Source: Octopus vulgaris
Taxonomy: Eukaryota
Direction of reading: 5' to 3'
NCBI GenBank assembly: GCA_951406725.2
Contig: CATOCA020000002.1
Location: 868,001-932,000 of the forward strand
Length of the DNA: 64,000 nt
Part shown: positions 62,290-64,000 of the stretch, one piece after another
Position numbering within the stretch: position 1 is the stretch's first letter
How the letters are laid out: the number at the start of each line of letters is the position of its first letter
Notes under the pieces: generated by a model
Seen by the model: the letters and a program-made list of their open reading frames with translations, nothing else
What the model was told of the DNA's origin: nothing
Database searches by the model: none
Program-made: the position numbers and the translations under genes

Positions 62290-62788
62290 GTATATAAATA
62301 TATATATATGTATATAAATATATATATATATGTATATAATATATATATATATGTATATAAATATATATCTATATGTATATAAATATATATATATATATGT
62401 ATATAAATATATATATATATATGTATATAAATATATATATATGTATATAAATATATATATATGTATATGTATATAAATATATATATATGTATATAAATAT
62501 ATATAAAAGTATATAAATATATATATATGTATATAAATATATATATATATATATATGTATATAAATATATATATATGTATATAAATATATATATATATAT
62601 ATGTATATAAATATATATATATATGTATATAAATAAATAAATATAAGAGAGTGGTAACTATGTGGCTCACTCTAGCACCAGTTAATCCAAAAGGTTTCAA
62701 CCACGAAAATACATGTTTCCCATGAAAGTCAGTACGATTGTTAGCTCACACGGACAGGGCAAATAAAAAATAACAAAAATACAGATTA

Positions 62789-62871
62789 TTTTGGGACAAT
62801 TGTTTCGCTATTAATGAATTAAATGTAATTTTACTTACAAAAAAAATCCATTTGTAGCTCGTCAGCCAAAA
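62789..62871 (-). ncRNA. Type-I hammerhead ribozyme
   Basis: Same as 54244-54326. Confidence 0.88.
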
Positions 62872-63315
62872 CTATCTGGATGAAATCCACTCAATCACAC
62901 GCCAGATTTTACCATAACGATAAATACGCGTGTGGTTCAATTGATTACATCCGACGTTATAATTCAAATGCCCCAACTAACAACGCGCCAAACTTTTACG
63001 GAAAACAAATACAGCATTTAGAAATAAATGCAGCATAATTATAATTAATTAATAAGGGTGAGAGAATTAGATACTAATTTAATAGTATATCTATTCAACA
63101 CCAAGTGGCCTAGTGCTCCGAGAAACCTGGATTATTATAATATTTTATAACATATTATAATATTTTTACAAAATAAATATAAGAGAGTGGTCACTATGTG
63201 GCTCACTCTAGCACCAGTTAATCCAATAATAATCCAGGTTTCTCGGAGCACTAGGCCACTTGGTGTTGAATAGATATACTATTAAATTAGTATCTAATTC
63301 TCTCACCCTTATTAA

Positions 63316-63701
63316 TCTCTCTCTATATAAACGGCAGTTTGTCTGTGCGTGTTTCTGTGTGTCTGTTTGCTTGTACCCTTACCCTGACCACGGCTTTCAA
63401 CCGATTCTGATGAAACTTGACACACACATAGCCCAATGTCATAATTCAAAACTAACGCAGCGAAAATTTTGAAAAGTTCCCCCAGTTCTGAAAAAAATCG
63501 ATAAATTCGACATGGGGTCGAGAATCAGAAACACGAACCACAAACTGTCTAGGGGACGCAACTCCACCTTTTTTTAAATCTCAAAAAAAAATTTACCATC
63601 ATTTTTTTCCATTTTTTTGCTATTTTTTGGCTATAACTCTCTAAAAATTCTTTATAGTTATTTCCCTTACAAACCTGAGCAACGCCGGGCGATACTGCTA
63701 G
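63316..63701 (+). mobile_element. Non-autonomous Helitron
   Basis: TC...hairpin-CTAG inserted precisely between A and T of attaa^ttaattat without TSD (empty site at about 56962). Confidence 0.88.
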
Positions 63702-63878
63702 TTAATTATAATTATGCTGCATTTATTTCTAAATGCTGTATTTGTTTTCTGTGAAAGTTTGGCGCGCTGTTAGTTGGGGCATTTGAATTATAACGTTGGA
63801 TGTAATCAATTGAACCACACGCGTATTTATCGTTATGGTAAAATCTGGCGTGTGATTGAGTGGATTTCATCCAGATAG

Positions 63879-63962
63879 TTTTGGCTGACGAGCTACAAAT
63901 GGATTTTTTTTTGTAAGTAAAATTACATTTAATTCATTAATAGCGAAACAATTGTCCCAAAA
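63879..63962 (+). ncRNA. Type-I hammerhead ribozyme
   Basis: UUUUGG-CUGACGA-GCUA...UAGC-GAAA-CAAUUG-UC-CCAAAA. Confidence 0.88.
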
Positions 63963-64000
63963 TAATCTGTATTTTTGTTATTTTTTATTTGCCCTGTCCG

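Larger units (their letters stand above)
62632..64000. mobile_element. Retrozyme-like element (54088 family): 536-bp monomer, partial tandem copy, inverted copy running off the window
   Basis: Direct repeat at 62646 and 63182. Inverted copy from about 63227, interrupted by a Helitron. Confidence 0.82.

Overview
Eukaryotic, very AT-rich, repeat-dominated window. The SINE/LINE content suggests a cephalopod (octopus-like) genome, which is an inference. Two host genes sit head-to-head in the first 7.5 kb: a FAM162/UPF0389-family gene (-) and a BTB + 9xC2H2 zinc-finger gene (+). The rest is a transposon nest built on (TA)n arrays. It holds CR1-group and RTE LINEs, a decayed R4/Dong-like element, tRNA-derived SINEs, Tigger-like, piggyBac-like and Helitron non-autonomous elements, and a solo LTR. 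The main unannotated signal is about 13 minimal type-I hammerhead ribozyme motifs (CUGANGA...GAAA-palindrome-UH) in roughly eight different non-coding families, nearly all embedded in (TA)n. Two of these families show a monomer + partial tandem copy + inverted copy architecture, like Penelope-associated retrozymes. All calls were made by eye and most element boundaries are approximate.
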